A model generated the notes under the pieces. It had not been told where the DNA came from. It did no database searches and saw only the letters and a list, made by a program, of their open reading frames with translations. From Octopus vulgaris (Eukaryota), in the NCBI GenBank assembly GCA_951406725.2, contig OX597819.1, positions 60,326,001 to 60,390,000 on the forward strand: a stretch of DNA of 64,000 nucleotides, read 5' to 3'. Every line of letters starts with the position of its first letter. Position 1 is the first letter of the stretch. Shown here one piece after another: positions 60,815-64,000 of the stretch. Both the position numbers and the translations under genes were made by a program.

Positions 60815-61020
60815 TCATGGAGCTGGTTTCCATGTTGCACAAGTGACTGAGACAACAACTTTCTCCCTGAATGGGGCACCACTTTGTTGCAGGGTTACTC
60901 ATTTACAACTGGGTGGACTGGAGCAATGAAGTGTATTGCTCAAGAACATAATGCACCGACTGGTCAGGGAATCAAAACCATGATCTTGTGTGCAACACCT
61001 TAACCACTAAGCCATGCACC
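60815..61020 (-). mobile_element. tRNA-derived SINE (family C-like)
   Basis: Minus strand begins GGTGCATGGCTTAGTGGTTAAGG, followed by a B-box-like GGTTTTGATTCC. Confidence 0.65.
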
Positions 61021-61024
61021 AACA

Positions 61025-61410
61025 ACCACCTTGAGCACCTTTTTGAGTTCTATGTGTCTAACACATGTGGGCATGCCTAAAAAGTCAGAAAACAGAACAG
61101 CTTCCATGACTTTCAGAAACACTTTTTTCACACTCAGAGTTGCTGAAGCATGGAACAAACTACCTGCATCAATTATTACTTGCTGAGACATTGCATCCTT
61201 TAAAACCTCCATGCTTCCTGAAATTCGCCAACACTACACCTGATATCCCCCCCCACCTCCATACACATACACACATGTATATCATAACTCATACACTGTT
61301 CACTTTCCTGACTTTTGTACATAATTCTATGTACTATACATGCACCTTGGATGAGTTGTAGAACACCTGAACACTTTACACAATAATTTCATTATATTTA
61401 TTATTATTGA
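61025..61410 (+). mobile_element. CR1-like LINE 3' end
   Basis: ...FRKHFFTLRVAEAWNKLP... is the typical CR1 terminal motif, followed by UTR and ATT-rich tail. Confidence 0.8.
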
Positions 61411-61657
61411 ACTATTACATACTACTAAAACCATTTATTAATATATCAGTTTATTTTCAGCAGTAAATTCCATAGACTGACCCACAGAAAAATTTGAAAC
61501 AATGTTTTTTGATGGTGCCATATAAGAGATGTTATAAAAAATTCATATTTCATATATTCAGTGGGCAATACTGAGAGTCCTGAGTTGATATACTGGCACA
61601 TAAAGGGGTATGCTGCATCTTCAAAACTAGAATTGATAGAACAAGGCTGATGGTTTA

Positions 61658-61882
61658 CAGTAATTCCTTTCCATATCACAGTTCACCTATCACGGTTTAT
61701 TATTTAAGCCTACATCAATTCCTCTGTGATGTTGTTTTGCATTTATAATAAAATAAATACATACAAATTATAAAAATGATTTTAAAAAATATACAGTACT
61801 GTTTCTACTTTGCAGATTTTCACCTATCGCCAGTGGGTGGGGTGGGTGGAAAGTAACACCTGCAATTATTGAGGGATTATTA
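61658..61882. mobile_element. pogo/Tigger-type MITE (second copy)
   Basis: Colinear with 16942-17158. Confidence 0.75.
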
Positions 61883-62264
61883 TATTTGGAATCATCAGCT
61901 AAGAGACATCCAAGAGTATATTTAACATTCAAGGCAATGGAATTTTCTTTCTTTCTTTTTTTTTATATGTTTTGGCCCTGTATAATATGATTGAATCACA
62001 TATAAGTCCTCAAAACAAATCAATTAGTAATTAGCATATTGCTATAATAAATGAAATACAGTTGTATGATATTCCTATTATCAGTTGCATAATGATGAAT
62101 GGGACCAAAGCCAAAAAAAGAAAAAAAAAGAACATGTATTTTGATAGATGTAGCTAATGAACACCAGACCACATGCAATCATCTATTGGTAGAAAGTGTT
62201 AATTTTATATAATGATAATAATGAAATTGTTGTGTATAGTGTTCAGGTGCACTACAACACATCA

Positions 62265-62537
62265 AAGTTGCTGAAGTATGGAACAAACTGCTGGCATCAG
62301 TTGTTAGTTGTCAGAGCACTACATCCTTCAAAACTTCCATGCTTCCCAAGATTCGCCAACACTACACCTGATTTTCTCTCCTCCATACACATGCAAGCAT
62401 GTATCTGACTCATACACTGTTCACTTTCCAGACATTTGTACATTACTGCATATGCTTTATATGCACTTTTGACAAGTTGTGGTGCACCTGAGCACTGTAT
62501 ACAATAATTTCATTATTATCATTATTATTATTATTAT
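62265..62537 (+). mobile_element. CR1-like LINE 3' end with (ATT)n tail
   Basis: Colinear with 61135-61410. Preceded by a short inverted copy of the same terminus (~62210-62258). Confidence 0.78.
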
Positions 62538-62968
62538 AAAGGTGCATGTACAGAATTATGTACAAAAGTCAGGGAAGTGAACAGTGTATGAGTTATGATA
62601 TACATATGTGCATGTATTTTTCTATTGCTTTATAAGTAATAGGTAAGACAATGCCAAAAAATATATACACACAATAAATGCTCAGATCAGACCAATGTTA
62701 AGTGAAGGAATACAGGATTTGTAGAAATAAGAATTGACTGTAAGCAATGTACAGGTCAAGCTGATGTAGGTGTAACAGAATAAAAGATGTACAAACAGTT
62801 GCAAGGCATCAAATCACTTATAACATGTTTATATAGAAGAGAGTACAAGAATACATAAATTTAGCCAAATTTATATATTTTTATACTCTTTTCCTTATAA
62901 ATATGTTTTAAATGGCTTCATGCTTTGCAACTGCTTGTTCATATTTTATTCTATTATATTTACTGCTG

Positions 62969-63280
62969 TGCAGGTGCAATGGCTCAGTGGCTAGGGCAGC
63001 GGACTTGCGGTCATAGGATCGCGATTTTGATTTCCAGACCAGGCATTGCGAGTGTTTATTGAGCGAAAACACGTAAAACTCCACAAGGCTCCGGCAGGGG
63101 GTGGTGGCAATCCCTGCTGTACTCTTTTCGCCACAACTTTCTCTCACTCTTTCTTCTGTCGGCCTGCTCGCTTAGCCAGCGTGGCGGCGTCATTTGAAGG
63201 CTAAATCAATGCAAAGCGCATTGTGACCAGCGACGTGTAACAACATGTGATAGCCTGGTCGGTCACGGTGATCACATGAT
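62969..63280 (+). mobile_element. tRNA-derived SINE, family D-related
   Basis: A box TGGCTCAGTGG. Body GCTCCGGCAG...TTTCGCCACAACTTTCTCTCAC is shared with 37588-38038, but the tail differs. Confidence 0.8.
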
Positions 63281-63556
63281 ATTTACTGCTTTATATTCAT
63301 TTTTTTTTTATCCCAGTATACGTGGTATGTTTTACACATTTGCTTGGAAGAGTAATTTTTTTATTTTTACATCTTGAGGTTACTAACTAATCAAATGATA
63401 AATAAAAGTAATTAATGATAAAGAGAGTTATCCCCCTCCTTGCCAGACTCACACACACATACACTCATATGCAAGCCAACAAAAAAGCCTCTGCATGGTT
63501 ATTCAACCTACTAGAAGTAGCAGTTCAATCTTCTTCAAAACCACACTCTGCCACCT

Positions 63557-63785
63557 TAACCCTCTTATTACCATATTTCTGTTGAAAAACACACTTCCTT
63601 TGTTTCAATTAATTTTGAAAACAATGAATGAAGAATTTAATAAAATAACTTTGTCACTATTAAGCTGGTATTTGGAAAATAAACATGAAATTTTAATGGA
63701 AGATGCAAACTCGAATTACTTTAAAACAGGAGGTTTGTATGATGTAACCAAGAGCATCCTTAAGCATGTTGGTATCAAAGGGTTG
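63557..63785. mobile_element. piggyBac-like MITE, degenerate
   Basis: TTAACCCTCTTATTACC ... GGTATCAAAGGGTT; interior similar to 14835-15055. Confidence 0.65.
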
Positions 63786-64000
63786 GATAAGGAATGGACA
63801 CATTGGATAAGGTAGTCATAGACATAATTCTTAAGAGTGAAGGACATAATTTCAACTGGGTATAAAAAGTGACCTCAAGAAAACTACATTCCACCAGACA
63901 TCCATCACTAACATAAAACAATACAAAAAAATCAAAATGCTGAGCAATACCTTTGTTTTATTACACATGTACATTTATATGTATATGTATTTAGAAATTT

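Overview
AT-rich, repeat-dense eukaryotic DNA. The SINE, LINE and microsatellite repertoire looks like an octopus (coleoid cephalopod) genome; this is inferred from recognition, not a database search. One protein-coding gene is well supported: a 1442-aa single-coding-exon ORF (52652-56980, +) resembling a PPP1R3 glycogen-targeting subunit. Its architecture is atypical: predicted N-terminal acylation, about 1100 aa of acidic disordered sequence with RVxF and PxIxIT-like motifs, and two tandem CBM21 domains. It is preceded by a tandemly duplicated E-box promoter region and a probable 5' exon carrying a spliced uORF. The rest is mostly mobile DNA: tRNA-derived SINE families, RTE, CR1, CRE-like and HERO-like LINE relics, Penelope-like fragments with minimal hammerhead ribozyme folds (including U3-A8 core variants), pogo-, piggyBac- and Helitron-type non-autonomous elements, and a 2.87-kb foldback element with ~1.26-kb near-identical arms and a perfect 9-bp TSD. 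A CpG-rich promoter-like island lies near 35.4-36.2 kb. Coordinates of degenerate repeats are approximate.
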